Notes: generated by a model from the letters alone, not told the origin. DNA of 64,000 bases from Euryarchaeota archaeon UBA130 (GCA_002505775.1 DAVY01000006.1:9318-73317); one strand, 5' to 3'; shown: positions 7,766-18,987, numbered from the stretch's first letter. Program-made: numbers and translations.

Positions 7766-8353
7766 ATGGCGGTAAAAAGCTCAACAAAGAAGAGGCTCAT
7801 CGAACTAGGCGTTACAGAAGAACATGCCCACAAACTTGCGGATGACGCAAATATGGATGCTATTAAGCGAATGACCGTTGAAGAAGTAGCCAAGAAGGTC
7901 GGCTTAGAGTCAGGGGCATCTGAGCTAGAAAATATCATGGGAATTATTAGGGAGCAGGCAGCCTCCAGGAGAAGGAGTAGGTCTGGAAGGATAACAATAT
8001 CCAGAACGGCCCTTTTGGATGAAGATATTCCAATTGGAGAGGACAGGTTCAATGTACTGAATCACCAACTTGTTCCACACCATTCTCTAGTTCCCGAAGA
8101 GGACGAAGCATCTGAACTCTCTCCTTGGGGACTAATGGAAAAGGGCGACAATGGAGAAGACAGACTGGCAAAGGAGCTACTGCCAAAGATTCTGATAACC
8201 GATCCTTCCGTCCAAGCATTGAAGGAAATGGAGGAGGCAGATAGAGCCGACCTTCCTGCTGGATGGCTAAAAAATAGAGTTGTAAAGATTTTCAGATACA
8301 GCAGATCTGCTGGAGCGAGTACAGCCTACAGGCTAATAGTGGAGAGTAACTGA
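7766..8353 (+). CDS. rpoH: DNA-directed RNA polymerase subunit H (Rpb5 homolog) with ~100-aa N-terminal HhH-like extension
   Basis: C-terminal 85 aa match RpoH (FNVLNHQLVPHH…LPKILITDPS…VVKIFRYSRSAGASTAYRLIV). The N-terminal module is paralogous to the RpoA'' N-terminus. The ORF could also start at 7733. Confidence 0.8.
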   Translation: MAVKSSTKKRLIELGVTEEHAHKLADDANMDAIKRMTVEEVAKKVGLESGASELENIMGIIREQAASRRRSRSGRITISRTALLDEDIPIGEDRFNVLNHQLVPHHSLVPEEDEASELSPWGLMEKGDNGEDRLAKELLPKILITDPSVQALKEMEEADRADLPAGWLKNRVVKIFRYSRSAGASTAYRLIVESN

Positions 8354-8364
8354 GGGGGAATATT

Positions 8365-11300
8365 ATGAAGGAAATTGTTGAGAGTTATTTCGCGCACAGA
8401 AGTATGGTAAACCATCAGCTTGCATCATATGACGATTGCATCCCAATCGGCGATGGTAAAGGAAGTAGGATGGAGAACATAGTCAAAGGAATTCGCATAG
8501 GAAGCGACGACGCATTAGTGGATGTTCCAGGAGGAGAAGACGCTGGGGGGATGATCAAACTGGACGTTCTCGACAAAGAAATCTATATTCGCATGAAGGG
8601 CATTAGACTAGGGGCTCCAACTGTCAGGGAAGCCAATGGCGCTGAGCACCCCGCTACGCCTTTGGAATGCCGACTTAGGAAGCTGACTTACTTCTCACCT
8701 ATCTACATGGACTTCAGGATATACAGAGATGATCTGCCCCCATCATCCACAGATTCCGACATCGGCTTTATTGAGGAAGAGGGAGTCCACATTGGAAACC
8801 TCCCAATTATGGTCAGATCAGGAAGGTGTAACCTACATCCAGATCACATCGCGGGAACTCAGGAGAAGTCGCTAAAACTCTCTCCCACCACATCCGCTGA
8901 AGATGCCCAAAGACACAAGGAGCTACTTAGGAAATCTGGTGAGGACCCACTCGACCCCGGTGGTTACTTCATCATTAACGGAACAGAAAGGGTACTCATC
9001 TCAATGGAAGACCTAGCTCCAAACAGAGTCACCGTAGAAAAGAACAAGAAATACGCCCATGAGACAGAGGTTGCCAAGATATTCTCACAGAAAGACGGCG
9101 TCAGGAAGCCTATCAATGTAGAAAAGAGACGCGATGGTATGCTAATGGTAAAAATCCCAAGCGCAGGTACTACTGCGATCCCAGTAGTCCTCCTAATGAG
9201 GGCCCTTGGGATGGAGAATGACAGGGATATCTTCTCTGCTATCGCAGGGCCAGTAGAGGCAATGAAGTACACAGTCGCCAACCTGAATGATGTCAAAGAC
9301 AACCCAGAATATGGAGTGGATAATACTGAGGAGGCAATAGCATGGCTTGAGAAGAAATTCGCGGCTGGCCAGCAGAAGGAATACAGGGAATCAAGGATTC
9401 AGAACCTCTTGGACAAGGAGCTACTGCCCCATCTCGGCTCAGACGAATCCGTGAGGACCAAGAAAGCAATCTTCCTTGGAAGGATTGTAAGGCAGGTTCT
9501 AGAGATGGCCATCACCAACAGAGACCCCAACGACAAGGATCATTATGCCAACAAGAGAGTAAGGCTCGCTGGAGACCTAATGGAAGACCTATTCAGAGTT
9601 GGTGTTCAGGGCCTTGCAAGAGATCTGAAGTACCAACTAGAGAGACATCACAACCGAAAGAGAGAACTCAAAATCAACTCATGCCTTAGGCCGGATGTTC
9701 TAACATCGAAAATTATGCATGCACTAGCCACAGGAAATTGGGTTGGAGGAAGATCCGGAGTTAGCCAACTCCTAGACAGGACTACTTATCTTGCTTCGCT
9801 CTCTCACATGAGAAGGGTTACCAGTCCCCTCGTTAGGAGCCAGCCACACTTCGAAGCCAGGGACTTGCACCCAACGCACTGGGGCAGACTTTGTCCAAAC
9901 GAGACTCCCGAAGGACAGAATTGCGGTCTTGTGAAAAATGCAGCGCAAATGATAGATGTTTCTGAGGAAGTTCCTGAAGACGACGTCAAGGAGTTACTAG
10001 TAGAAGCAGGAGTTAATCCCAATCCAGAAGGATGGGCAGATGGTACCAGAATTCACGTGAACGGGGATATCTTCGGCCTTCACAAGAGGCCCAACAAACT
10101 AGTTTCACAATTCAAGAGGAGAAGACGTTCGGGCAGAATTAGGCCCGAGGTAAGTATCCGTCATGATACTGAAAACAGAGACGTTTTCATCAATACGGAC
10201 AGAGGGAGAATAATGAGGCCTTTACTAGTTTTAGAAGATGGTACTCTGAACCTCGCAAAGTTCCACCTTGAAGCTTTGAAAACCGGTGAAATAACCTTCT
10301 CGGATCTTGTTTCATCAGGAGTCATAGAATGGGTAGACGCTGAAGAAGAAGAGGACTTACTAATAGCACCAAGGCCTTTCGACCTACCCGAGCTCTCTCC
10401 CAAGAACAAGAGGCCAATAGATCCGGCAAAGGTCGAATGGACAAATCTTGGAGATGAAGAAATTTCCAAAGCAAAGCTGAAAGTCGAAGTAAAGATGCCC
10501 GATGGGTCAACTGCCACTGAGAAGTTTTCAGTACCTTTGAACTACCATCAAAAGGAAATCGATGCCCTCCGTAAGAAAGAGAAAAAGGACAACACGGTCC
10601 TAGTGTACACTCACGTAGAGATAGACCCCCAGCTCATACTTGGCGTATGTGCTGCTTTAGTCCCATACCCAGAACACAACTCCACACCCCGTGTTACAGG
10701 AGGAACAGCCATGGTGAAGCAGAGTCTAGGCCTTCCAAGCGCAAATTATCGCTTGAGGCCAGATACAAGAGCCCACGTAATGCACTACCCCCAGATCTCA
10801 GTTGTAGGGACAAGGGCAATGGATACCACCAATTTCAACAGCAGGCCGGGTGGACAGAATTTTGTGGTTGCAATTATGAGCCATCACGGTTACAACATGC
10901 AAGATGCAGTCATAATGAACAAGGCCTCAGTTGAACGAGGCTTAGGAAGGTCATCATTTGTCAGGACTTACAATGCAGAAAACAGAAGGTTCCCTGGAGG
11001 ACAAGAAGAAAGAATCGAAGTCCCTGGTACCGGCCTAGATGAAGTCAAAGGAATGAAATCCTTCGATAGCTACGCTCATCTAGAAAGAGATGGCCTTCCA
11101 GTACCAGAAGAATTCCTATCGAGTGGAGGAGGTCCAGATTCCGCGGTTTTAGTCGGAAAAACCAGCCCTCCAAGATTTTTGGAAGAAGCACATGGGGCGT
11201 TCCTTCAAGCACAGGAAAGAAGAGAGTCTTCCATGATGGTCCGCCATGGTGAGGAGGGATGGGTCGACAACGTTTTCGTTACCGAGTCATTGGACTCGGG

Positions 11301-12090
11301 AAGGCTAGTAAGAATCACCCTCCGAACAAATAAGATCCCGGAATTGGGCGACAAATTTGCGAGTCGTCACGGTCAGAAAGGAATCATCGGCAGAATTGTC
11401 GAAGAAAGGGATATGCCCTTCACTGCGGATGGCGTCATCCCAGATCTAATCATTAACCCACATGCCATTCCCTCTAGAATGACTGTGGCTCACGTACTTG
11501 AGATGATTGGAGGAAAGGTTGGATCTCTTGAGGCCAGAAGGATAGATGGTACAGCATTTACCGGTGAAAAGGAGGACTCCCTGAGGGCCGGACTTCTGAG
11601 AAACGGTTTCAACCACACAGGAAGAGAGAACATGATTAGCGGAGAGACAGGTGAGCAATATCCAGCCGAAGTCTTCGTCGGGGTTATCTATTACCAGAGG
11701 CTCCACCACTTAGTCAGCAGTAAGTTACATGCCAGAAGCAGGGGAAGAGTACAGATTCTAACCAGGCAACCAACCGAAGGACGAGCGAGACAAGGAGGCC
11801 TCAGGTTCGGAGAGATGGAACGAGACTGTCTGATTTCCCATGGTGCATCCATGGTAATCAAGGATCGCCTACTCGATGAGTCGGATGGATGGCCACTAAT
11901 GGTTTGTAATACTCCCAGATGCGGGCACATCGCATACTATGATTGGAAGAGGAGGACAACGGTCTGCCCTTCGTGTGGCGACCGAGCCGATGTTCATTCG
12001 GTCCAAACGTCCTACGCATTCAAACTACTCCTAGATGAAATGAAAAGTCTTGGGGTAGCTATGAGACTAGAACTGGAGGACAGAAGATGA
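8365..12090 (+). CDS. rpoB: DNA-directed RNA polymerase subunit B (unsplit)
   Basis: 1241 aa. Canonical motifs: ARDLKYQLERH, ANKRVRLAGDLMEDLF, GRHGQKGIIG-like SRHGQKGIIGRIV, GEMERD, and a C-terminal zinc ribbon CNTPRCGH…CPSCG. Confidence 0.95.
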   Translation: MKEIVESYFAHRSMVNHQLASYDDCIPIGDGKGSRMENIVKGIRIGSDDALVDVPGGEDAGGMIKLDVLDKEIYIRMKGIRLGAPTVREANGAEHPATPLECRLRKLTYFSPIYMDFRIYRDDLPPSSTDSDIGFIEEEGVHIGNLPIMVRSGRCNLHPDHIAGTQEKSLKLSPTTSAEDAQRHKELLRKSGEDPLDPGGYFIINGTERVLISMEDLAPNRVTVEKNKKYAHETEVAKIFSQKDGVRKPINVEKRRDGMLMVKIPSAGTTAIPVVLLMRALGMENDRDIFSAIAGPVEAMKYTVANLNDVKDNPEYGVDNTEEAIAWLEKKFAAGQQKEYRESRIQNLLDKELLPHLGSDESVRTKKAIFLGRIVRQVLEMAITNRDPNDKDHYANKRVRLAGDLMEDLFRVGVQGLARDLKYQLERHHNRKRELKINSCLRPDVLTSKIMHALATGNWVGGRSGVSQLLDRTTYLASLSHMRRVTSPLVRSQPHFEARDLHPTHWGRLCPNETPEGQNCGLVKNAAQMIDVSEEVPEDDVKELLVEAGVNPNPEGWADGTRIHVNGDIFGLHKRPNKLVSQFKRRRRSGRIRPEVSIRHDTENRDVFINTDRGRIMRPLLVLEDGTLNLAKFHLEALKTGEITFSDLVSSGVIEWVDAEEEEDLLIAPRPFDLPELSPKNKRPIDPAKVEWTNLGDEEISKAKLKVEVKMPDGSTATEKFSVPLNYHQKEIDALRKKEKKDNTVLVYTHVEIDPQLILGVCAALVPYPEHNSTPRVTGGTAMVKQSLGLPSANYRLRPDTRAHVMHYPQISVVGTRAMDTTNFNSRPGGQNFVVAIMSHHGYNMQDAVIMNKASVERGLGRSSFVRTYNAENRRFPGGQEERIEVPGTGLDEVKGMKSFDSYAHLERDGLPVPEEFLSSGGGPDSAVLVGKTSPPRFLEEAHGAFLQAQERRESSMMVRHGEEGWVDNVFVTESLDSGRLVRITLRTNKIPELGDKFASRHGQKGIIGRIVEERDMPFTADGVIPDLIINPHAIPSRMTVAHVLEMIGGKVGSLEARRIDGTAFTGEKEDSLRAGLLRNGFNHTGRENMISGETGEQYPAEVFVGVIYYQRLHHLVSSKLHARSRGRVQILTRQPTEGRARQGGLRFGEMERDCLISHGASMVIKDRLLDESDGWPLMVCNTPRCGHIAYYDWKRRTTVCPSCGDRADVHSVQTSYAFKLLLDEMKSLGVAMRLELEDRR

Positions 12091-15000
12091 GTGCCAAAGA
12101 CGCAGCAAAGATTCCAAAGAGGATTGAGGCCATCAAATTCACATTGATGGACCCTAATGAGATTCGTAAAATGTCATCTGTAGAAGTTAAGACAGCTGAT
12201 ACTTACAAGGATGATGGTCACCCCTTCAAGCAAGGATTGATGGACCCGAAGATGGGAGTTATAGATCCAGGAGTCAGGTGCGAAACATGTGGAAACAAAC
12301 ACGATGAGTGCCCAAGCCATTTCGGACACATAGCGCTAGAGTTACCTGTTATGCACATCGGATTTACCAATTTGATCAAGACTGCCTTGAAGTGCACCTG
12401 CAACACTTGTAGCAAGATACTGTTGCATGACAAGCCAGACACGCATCCCGTGGATCCAGAGAAGTCAGAACAGGACTACTACAATGACAAGGTTAAGGAT
12501 GTAATGATAAAACATGGAGTCGGATCTACAGAATTTAAGAACACCATCAAGGACATCGAGAAGGAGTGCTCAAGCAAGAAGAGGACAATATGCATGCATT
12601 GCGGTAGCGAGCAGGGGAAAATAATCCTCGATAAACCCTCAACATTCAAGGAAAAGAAAGAGAACAAGGGCGAGCACAAGCTCAATGCTCGTGACATCAG
12701 GGAATGGCTAGAGAGAATCCCAGACGAGCACCTAATATTCCTTGGAATGGACAAGGATGCAGCAAGGCCAGAATGGACTATAATGAAAGTCCTTCCAGTT
12801 CCGCCAATTACTGTAAGGCCATCCATTACATTGGACAGCGGAGATAGGTCCGAAGATGATCTCACTCACAAATTAGTCGATGTATTGAGAATAAACCAGA
12901 GACTCAGAGAAAACAGGGACGCCGGAGCACCACAGTTGATAGTCGAAGACTTATGGGAACTCCTTCAGTATCACTGCACCACTTACTTTGATAATCAGAC
13001 TAGCGGAATACCTCCTGCCAGGCATAGGTCAGGAAGGCCCTTGAAAACACTCGCTCAAAGGCTGAAAGGAAAGGAAGGGAGATTCAGAAGTAACTTGTCG
13101 GGTAAGAGGGTTAACTTCTGCGCCAGAACTGTGATCAGCCCTGACCCCAATCTGGGAATCAACGAGGTTGGAATCCCGGTCCAAACTGCAAAAGAGCTAA
13201 CTGTTCCAATCAGGGTCACAAGTAGGAACAGAGAGCAACTGAGGCAGATGATTCTTAGGGGCCCAGATGTTCATCCCGGTGTTAATTACATAATTAGGGG
13301 AGATAGATTCAGAGTAAGAATTACCGATAGGACAAAGTACATATGGTCCGGTTTCAGATGCCTCAATCCCCAATGTCACTCAGGAAGCGAGGATGAACCA
13401 TACAGTGGATATAGGCCTGATTTGAATGAAGTTCTGCCTGCTCCAAACTTCCTGCCCGGACTGGTCCTGAAACCACAAAAGAGGAGAAATTCTTTTGGAG
13501 AACTCGAGGAAGAGTGGGGCGTAGACCTGGATGCTACATTGTCCAACCTTAGGGGTGAGGACGAGAGAGGCCTACCTCTCCCAGAAAATGATCCAAGAGC
13601 AGCAATTCACTACAGGTGGAAGTGGGAAATGGAGAATCCCACCGAGTATTTGCCAGATTATCTGGAGGTTAATTGTCCCCATTGTGGTAGTCCCGAGATA
13701 GAGGATGAATATGGAAACTCAGTGGGAACGGATATCGAAGACAGATTGAGCACATTCGATCTCGATGGAAATCCACGTCCCGGAGTTGTGGTAGAGAGAC
13801 ACCTAATTGATGGCGATGTCGCGCTATTCAACAGACAGCCCTCGCTTCATCGAATGTCCATGATGGTCCACGAGGTAAGGGTAATGCCAGGCAAGACCTT
13901 CAGATTCAATCTGGCTGATTGCACACCTTACAACGCTGATTTCGATGGAGATGAAATGAACCTCCACGTTATTCAAAGCGAGGAGGCTAGGGCCGAAGCT
14001 AAGATCTTGATGAGAGTTCAAGAGCACATAATCACACCGAGATATGGTGGCAGTGTAATTGGAGGTATACATGATCACATTTCCGGAGCATACTTGCTGA
14101 CGCACGGTGATAGGGTACTACCTAAGAATCTCGTAATGCAGGTGCTGGGGGACACCAACTGGGACGGAGAACTGCCTCCCGAGGTCGAGAAAGATGGAGT
14201 AATCGGCTACAGGGGCAGTGATGTTCTGAGTCTGATTGTCCCTGAAGGATTCAAGTTGGACTACATCAGTAGGATTGGCGACAATGTCAATGTTTCCAAA
14301 GGAGATGTATCAGGTACCATCGATAAGAGGGGAATTGGTGCAGAGGACGGAAGGCTTCTGGATGCTGTCGTCCACACACATGGACCAGAGGCGGGAGCTG
14401 AATTCCTGGATAGAATGACCAGGATGACTATCTCAATCTGCACTTCACTTGGATTTACAACTGGAATCGACGATGAGGACCTTCCTCCCGAGGCAAAGTC
14501 AGAGATCGCTAAAATAAACAAGCGGGGCAGTGATGCAGTCGATTTAGAGTTGGAGAAGTTCGGCAAAGATGGCAGAAGATACGAGACACGCCCAGGAAGG
14601 ACCCCCTTGGAAACTCTAGAGGAGAACATACTAATGATACTAGATGAAGCCAAGACCGAATCAGGTAATGTAGCCAAGTCGTTCCTAGGTTCAGATAACG
14701 CCGCGGTAATGATGGCTACCTCTGGGGCCAGAGGGTCGATGGACAATCTTGCCATGATGGCCGGTTCAATAGGCCAGCCCAAGGTTCGTGGTAAGAGACT
14801 CGAAAGAGGGTACCAAGACAGAGTATTGGCACACTTCCCAAGAAATGCAAAGGGAGCTCAAGAGAAAGGATTCGTAGGCTCTTCCTTCAAACGTGGCCTT
14901 GAGCCGACAGAATTCTTCATGCTTTCTGTTTCTGGACGCGAGTCATTAGTCGATACAGCGGTAAGAACCGCCAAGTCTGGATACATGCAAAGGAGATTGA

Positions 15001-15179
15001 TCAATGCCATGGACGACCTCAAAGTGGTAGACGATGGAATGGGCTCTGTCAGAAATACTGCTAACAGAATCATACAGTTCGAATACGGCGAAGATGGAGT
15101 CGACCCAGCTAGGAGTAGGGGAGGAAGGCCATTTGATGTGACAATGGTCTTAGATGACGCTCTTGGAGGTGAAAACTGA
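12087..15179 (+). CDS. rpoA1: DNA-directed RNA polymerase subunit A'
   Basis: 1030 aa. N-terminal zinc sites [17 protein letters not shown], catalytic [22 protein letters not shown]. Carries a lineage-specific Cys-rich insertion of ~145 aa. Overlaps rpoB stop (ATGA). Confidence 0.95.
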   Translation: MSAKDAAKIPKRIEAIKFTLMDPNEIRKMSSVEVKTADTYKDDGHPFKQGLMDPKMGVIDPGVRCETCGNKHDECPSHFGHIALELPVMHIGFTNLIKTALKCTCNTCSKILLHDKPDTHPVDPEKSEQDYYNDKVKDVMIKHGVGSTEFKNTIKDIEKECSSKKRTICMHCGSEQGKIILDKPSTFKEKKENKGEHKLNARDIREWLERIPDEHLIFLGMDKDAARPEWTIMKVLPVPPITVRPSITLDSGDRSEDDLTHKLVDVLRINQRLRENRDAGAPQLIVEDLWELLQYHCTTYFDNQTSGIPPARHRSGRPLKTLAQRLKGKEGRFRSNLSGKRVNFCARTVISPDPNLGINEVGIPVQTAKELTVPIRVTSRNREQLRQMILRGPDVHPGVNYIIRGDRFRVRITDRTKYIWSGFRCLNPQCHSGSEDEPYSGYRPDLNEVLPAPNFLPGLVLKPQKRRNSFGELEEEWGVDLDATLSNLRGEDERGLPLPENDPRAAIHYRWKWEMENPTEYLPDYLEVNCPHCGSPEIEDEYGNSVGTDIEDRLSTFDLDGNPRPGVVVERHLIDGDVALFNRQPSLHRMSMMVHEVRVMPGKTFRFNLADCTPYNADFDGDEMNLHVIQSEEARAEAKILMRVQEHIITPRYGGSVIGGIHDHISGAYLLTHGDRVLPKNLVMQVLGDTNWDGELPPEVEKDGVIGYRGSDVLSLIVPEGFKLDYISRIGDNVNVSKGDVSGTIDKRGIGAEDGRLLDAVVHTHGPEAGAEFLDRMTRMTISICTSLGFTTGIDDEDLPPEAKSEIAKINKRGSDAVDLELEKFGKDGRRYETRPGRTPLETLEENILMILDEAKTESGNVAKSFLGSDNAAVMMATSGARGSMDNLAMMAGSIGQPKVRGKRLERGYQDRVLAHFPRNAKGAQEKGFVGSSFKRGLEPTEFFMLSVSGRESLVDTAVRTAKSGYMQRRLINAMDDLKVVDDGMGSVRNTANRIIQFEYGEDGVDPARSRGGRPFDVTMVLDDALGGEN

Positions 15180-16750
15180 TGGTCGTGAAGAGTGCAACCA
15201 AGAAAAAGCTCATGGATCTTCAGATCGATGAGGAATACGCCCATAAGCTGGCAGACGACAGGAAATGGGATGATGTCAAAATTCTGACTCCAGGTCAGAT
15301 TGCGCAAATTTGTGGCATTGACTCAGGTACCGCACAGAGAATTAGTGACCTAATGGCGGCCTCCTCCAAATCTGCTAGAAGCGCCGCCGCCTCTACAGAG
15401 AAGACTGTAGTTAGGAGGAAATCTGCGGCAGCAAGGAGAAGAAGGAAGTCGATGCTACCTCTTGAGGGATTCGACGACGAATTCAAGATGGGTCAGATAC
15501 TGAAAGATGTAGATCACAAAGATGACATCTATCAACAGCTACATTCAGCTTCTCTTAATGCTAATGTGAGCCTTACTCCAAGGATGCTCATGGACCTAAC
15601 GGAAGGAATAAGGGCCAGAGGAATCAAGAAAATCACACCTTCTAAAGCAAAGAAGGTGATCGAATCAGCCAAGACCTCATTGGTAATGTCCCGGGCCGAT
15701 CCCCATGAGGCCGTTGGAATCACTACAGCGCAGTCAATCGGTGAGCCTGGTACTCAAATGACGATGAGGACTTTCCACTATGCGGGTGTAGCTACAGTAA
15801 ACGTTACACAGGGTCTTCCAAGAATTATCGAGATTGTGGATGCCAGAAAGACACCGAATACGCCCACAATGAGGATATATCTCAACGAGAAGAACTCGAA
15901 AGGTAAACCTCTCAGAACAAATGAGAAGCTTGTGAGGGAGATAGCCGCTGGACTTGAAGCTACAACTACTAGTGACATTGCAAACATCGATGTTGAGGTC
16001 GCCCAGAGGTATCTAAGTTTGAAGTTGAATAAGTCAAATATGAGACTGAAAAATATGAGTGGTGCAGAGGTTCAAGATAAACTTAGCAGGGCTTTGAGGC
16101 TTTACATACAGGCCGATAATGATGACAAACCTTCAGAGTTGAAGATCATACCTGGCATTGCGAAGAAACAAGACCTTGAAACACTAGCCACGGACCCTCC
16201 TACGTACACAGACCTCCTCCAGCTTGAAGATAAAATCAAGAAACTACAGTTGAAGGGGATTAGAGGGATTATAAGAGCCAATGTGCAGGCAGGTGAGAAT
16301 GACGAGTACTACATCTCTACAATAGGGTCCAATCTTCCTAAGGTGAGCGAATTCGCCGGTATAGACAGATCAAGGACATATACCAATAATATCAATGAGA
16401 TTCAGTCATATCTGGGCATAGAGGCCGCCCGGCAGGCAATCATTAATGAGATGTCAGACACTCTTGAGGGGGCGGGTCTTGATGTTGATGTCAGGCATCT
16501 TATCACTGTGTCTGACGTTATGACGAGTAGTGGAGAAGTAAGGGCTATTGGAAGGCATGGTGTTAGCGGTACAAAGCACAGTATACTAGCCAGGTCCGCC
16601 TTCGAAGTAACTGTCTCTCACTTGCTAAGGGCAGGTATCATCGGAGAGAGAGACGAGTTGAGAGGGGTAACGGAAAATATCGTAGTCGGGCAGCCAATAG
16701 CTCTCGGTACGGGAAGCGTTGATTTGTTCTACATTCCAGATGAGGCATGA
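15179..16750 (+). CDS. rpoA2: DNA-directed RNA polymerase subunit A'' with ~130-aa N-terminal HhH-like + basic extension
   Basis: 523 aa. C-terminal 390 aa match A'' (trigger-loop region [17 protein letters not shown], …[15 protein letters not shown]). N-terminus [27 protein letters not shown]… is paralogous to the RpoH N-terminus. Confidence 0.9.
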   Translation: MVVKSATKKKLMDLQIDEEYAHKLADDRKWDDVKILTPGQIAQICGIDSGTAQRISDLMAASSKSARSAAASTEKTVVRRKSAAARRRRKSMLPLEGFDDEFKMGQILKDVDHKDDIYQQLHSASLNANVSLTPRMLMDLTEGIRARGIKKITPSKAKKVIESAKTSLVMSRADPHEAVGITTAQSIGEPGTQMTMRTFHYAGVATVNVTQGLPRIIEIVDARKTPNTPTMRIYLNEKNSKGKPLRTNEKLVREIAAGLEATTTSDIANIDVEVAQRYLSLKLNKSNMRLKNMSGAEVQDKLSRALRLYIQADNDDKPSELKIIPGIAKKQDLETLATDPPTYTDLLQLEDKIKKLQLKGIRGIIRANVQAGENDEYYISTIGSNLPKVSEFAGIDRSRTYTNNINEIQSYLGIEAARQAIINEMSDTLEGAGLDVDVRHLITVSDVMTSSGEVRAIGRHGVSGTKHSILARSAFEVTVSHLLRAGIIGERDELRGVTENIVVGQPIALGTGSVDLFYIPDEA

Positions 16751-16759
16751 GGTGAGAAA

Positions 16760-17056
16760 ATGGATCTAACGAGAAATCTAAAACAGGCATTGAGTACTGG
16801 AAAAGTAATATTCGGCCAAAGGGAGACGATGGGGGCATGCTCTAAAGGGGATGCTAGGCTTGTCCTAGTAGCCGCAAACTGTCCCGAGGCTTTCCTCTCG
16901 GATATCGTAGATTCTCACCCAGGCGTTCCAGTACACAGGGTTCAGATGGTTAACAGACAGTTAGGTGCAGCTTGCGCGAGGCCTTTCTCAATCAGCGCAC
17001 TCTGCATCATAGATCCAGGCCAGAGTGAATTGATGTCACTGCAACACAATATATGA
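16760..17056 (+). CDS. rpl30e: Ribosomal protein L30e
   Basis: 98 aa, TGKVIFGQRETMGACSKGDARLVLVAANCPE. Conserved position after rpoA'' in the archaeal rpoH-B-A'-A''-L30e cluster. Confidence 0.8.
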   Translation: MDLTRNLKQALSTGKVIFGQRETMGACSKGDARLVLVAANCPEAFLSDIVDSHPGVPVHRVQMVNRQLGAACARPFSISALCIIDPGQSELMSLQHNI

Positions 17057-17125
17057 TGCCGATTTGCTTGTTTGCCTATGGTTACAGCGCACGCTTCAAG
17101 TCAGGTGACTCCTTCAGAGTGATTC

Positions 17126-18067
17126 GTGGAAGATGCAGTAAGGCAACTACTAAGCGCGAGAGGAGTCCGACTCGATCCTTCTCCCGGTATTGTGTCTTCT
17201 CCAGGCTTTTCTCTGTTGGGAGTAGCCGAAAGAGTACCCGAATTTGGTGAAAGGGGGGGCAATCCAGTAAATGTCTGGCACTTGGAATCCAATTTATTAC
17301 CAGTAAGTATGGCCGAATTTGAAAGATGGGTCGTCGATGCTCCTCGAGGTAGGCATTGGATACTGAGCGAAAGGAAATTACCGGAAGAGTACACTTCCAT
17401 ATTGCCCCCTGGTCTGGAGATTGTAGTATGGGGGCCGAATGATATGTCAGTTTGGCTTGGAGAGGCTATTCTATCAGGTGAGCTAAAAGTCACTGCCCAA
17501 ATAACTAATCTAGATTCCACACACACAGCCAATACCGATAGAGAGGGCCAAAATCATGACATGGCGGGCTCAATTAAACCGATTGTCGAAATCGAATCCT
17601 GGCTCACACAGAAAGGCTACGAAGGGGCATTGACGTATCCAGTTCTCCTAAATTGCATCATATGGAAAGTAGAGGGTACTATAGTCTCCCCAGCCGGTGA
17701 GTCTGAAGATAAAAAATGGATGATTCTTGAAGACCCCTGGGCATCAACAATATCTATATTTGATGGTTTTGATAATTCATTCCACTCGCCAAGTTTGAGA
17801 GTATTAGATCCCCCCCCATCAAGGTGGAAAGGAACTGAACAGATAAAATCCCTTCTGCCATCAATATTAGATTCCAGAAGACAGGGTAAGACGGAAGATG
17901 CAGATGGTTCGGTTAGAAGTATAATGCTAGAATGGTGGAGATTGGAAGCTAGCTCTGCAATAATTTTACCAAGAAATATCGGAATACCAGCATGGGTGGT
18001 CAAACTTGAGGGTAGAGAGGATAAAATCCTTCACGGACTTAATGGCAGGACGTACCCAATCGTCTAA
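17126..18067 (+). CDS. Hypothetical protein (no recognisable domain)
   Basis: 313 aa ORF occupying the position where NusA/rps12/rps7 normally follow rpl30e. Coding-like composition. Confidence 0.4.
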   Translation: MEDAVRQLLSARGVRLDPSPGIVSSPGFSLLGVAERVPEFGERGGNPVNVWHLESNLLPVSMAEFERWVVDAPRGRHWILSERKLPEEYTSILPPGLEIVVWGPNDMSVWLGEAILSGELKVTAQITNLDSTHTANTDREGQNHDMAGSIKPIVEIESWLTQKGYEGALTYPVLLNCIIWKVEGTIVSPAGESEDKKWMILEDPWASTISIFDGFDNSFHSPSLRVLDPPPSRWKGTEQIKSLLPSILDSRRQGKTEDADGSVRSIMLEWWRLEASSAIILPRNIGIPAWVVKLEGREDKILHGLNGRTYPIV

Positions 18068-18936
18068 TTTCTCTGTAACGACATCAGCTCTTCAGTTGAT
18101 AACGTGTCCCCAGACATCAACTTAGACATAAGATCGGAAACCTCAGTCTTATCCTCTGATTCTCCTACCTTCGTTCTTGATTCCATAGCCTTAACAATAT
18201 CCTGAATTGAGTGGATGCACCTTAGTGAAACTATGTACAAGCTATGTATTGAATCTGCTTCCTTTTTCGACTTAGTCAGTCCGGAGTGAGCGGAATTAGC
18301 TAACTCTCTAAGCCTATCCACTTCCTCTGAGAGCTCTACCATCAGATCATGGGCCTCTTGAGCCTCGACAACAGCTTTCTCAACCCTATTGTGAGCTTCT
18401 TCTTGTGTCCTTTCAGCATTACGGACTGCGGATTTTAGATCACTTAACTTACCGCCGTCTTTGTTGAAGGCCTTTGCCTCCTTCAACTCCTGACTAAGCC
18501 TTTTCATCTCCCTGAAGAAACCCTTCTCGCTAGCCCCAGTGAATCCACCTCTCTCGTATTTTCTTTCCAAAGCATCCATTTTTGCTCTAATTTTTGATGG
18601 AGGAGGACCAGATCTGCGCGTTGTGCTTTCACCATTTTCCTCAAGCCTCGAAAGTATCTCTCTCAACTCAGTCCTAATTTGCTTCAGCTCGTCGGATTTC
18701 TCTGCTCTATCAATTTTCAGCTCCTTGACCTTTGTATTCGCAACATCCCGAATGTCTTTCTGAGACCTGACCTCTGAAATCAGCTCCTTGACCTGACGAT
18801 TAACTTCATTCCGGGTATCTAGATATGCCCTGACCTTCGCATTCAGCTCATCTCTAAGCTCGCGCCTCTCTTCAAGACCAGACTCTAGAGCCTCCTTGAC
18901 GGGAGAAAATACTTTGTTGATCTCTTCAAGCTCCAA
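18064..18936 (-). CDS. Coiled-coil protein, paralog 1 of 4 (CC1)
   Basis: 290 aa, almost entirely heptad-like charged helices (ELRDELNAKVRAYLDTRNEV…). Shares segment pattern with 18988..19956, 19953..20768 and 25030..26031 (central GxxTxxExxxxRxxKxL, followed by an AHxxxxKAxxEAxxxxxxLxEEIxxLR block). Confidence 0.5.
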   Translation of the reverse strand: MELEEINKVFSPVKEALESGLEERRELRDELNAKVRAYLDTRNEVNRQVKELISEVRSQKDIRDVANTKVKELKIDRAEKSDELKQIRTELREILSRLEENGESTTRRSGPPPSKIRAKMDALERKYERGGFTGASEKGFFREMKRLSQELKEAKAFNKDGGKLSDLKSAVRNAERTQEEAHNRVEKAVVEAQEAHDLMVELSEEVDRLRELANSAHSGLTKSKKEADSIHSLYIVSLRCIHSIQDIVKAMESRTKVGESEDKTEVSDLMSKLMSGDTLSTEELMSLQRN

Positions 18937-18987
18937 CTTCCTTCCTCCCTAATTACGAATCTGAACTGACATTTAAGCACATATATC

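Noticed and set aside
14261-14782. 173-aa minus-strand ORF within rpoA'
   Set aside because: Antisense shadow inside a highly conserved gene.
17053-17250. 65-aa ORF between rpl30e and the 313-aa orphan
   Set aside because: Arg/Ser-rich low-complexity translation that overlaps the better-supported 17126 ORF.
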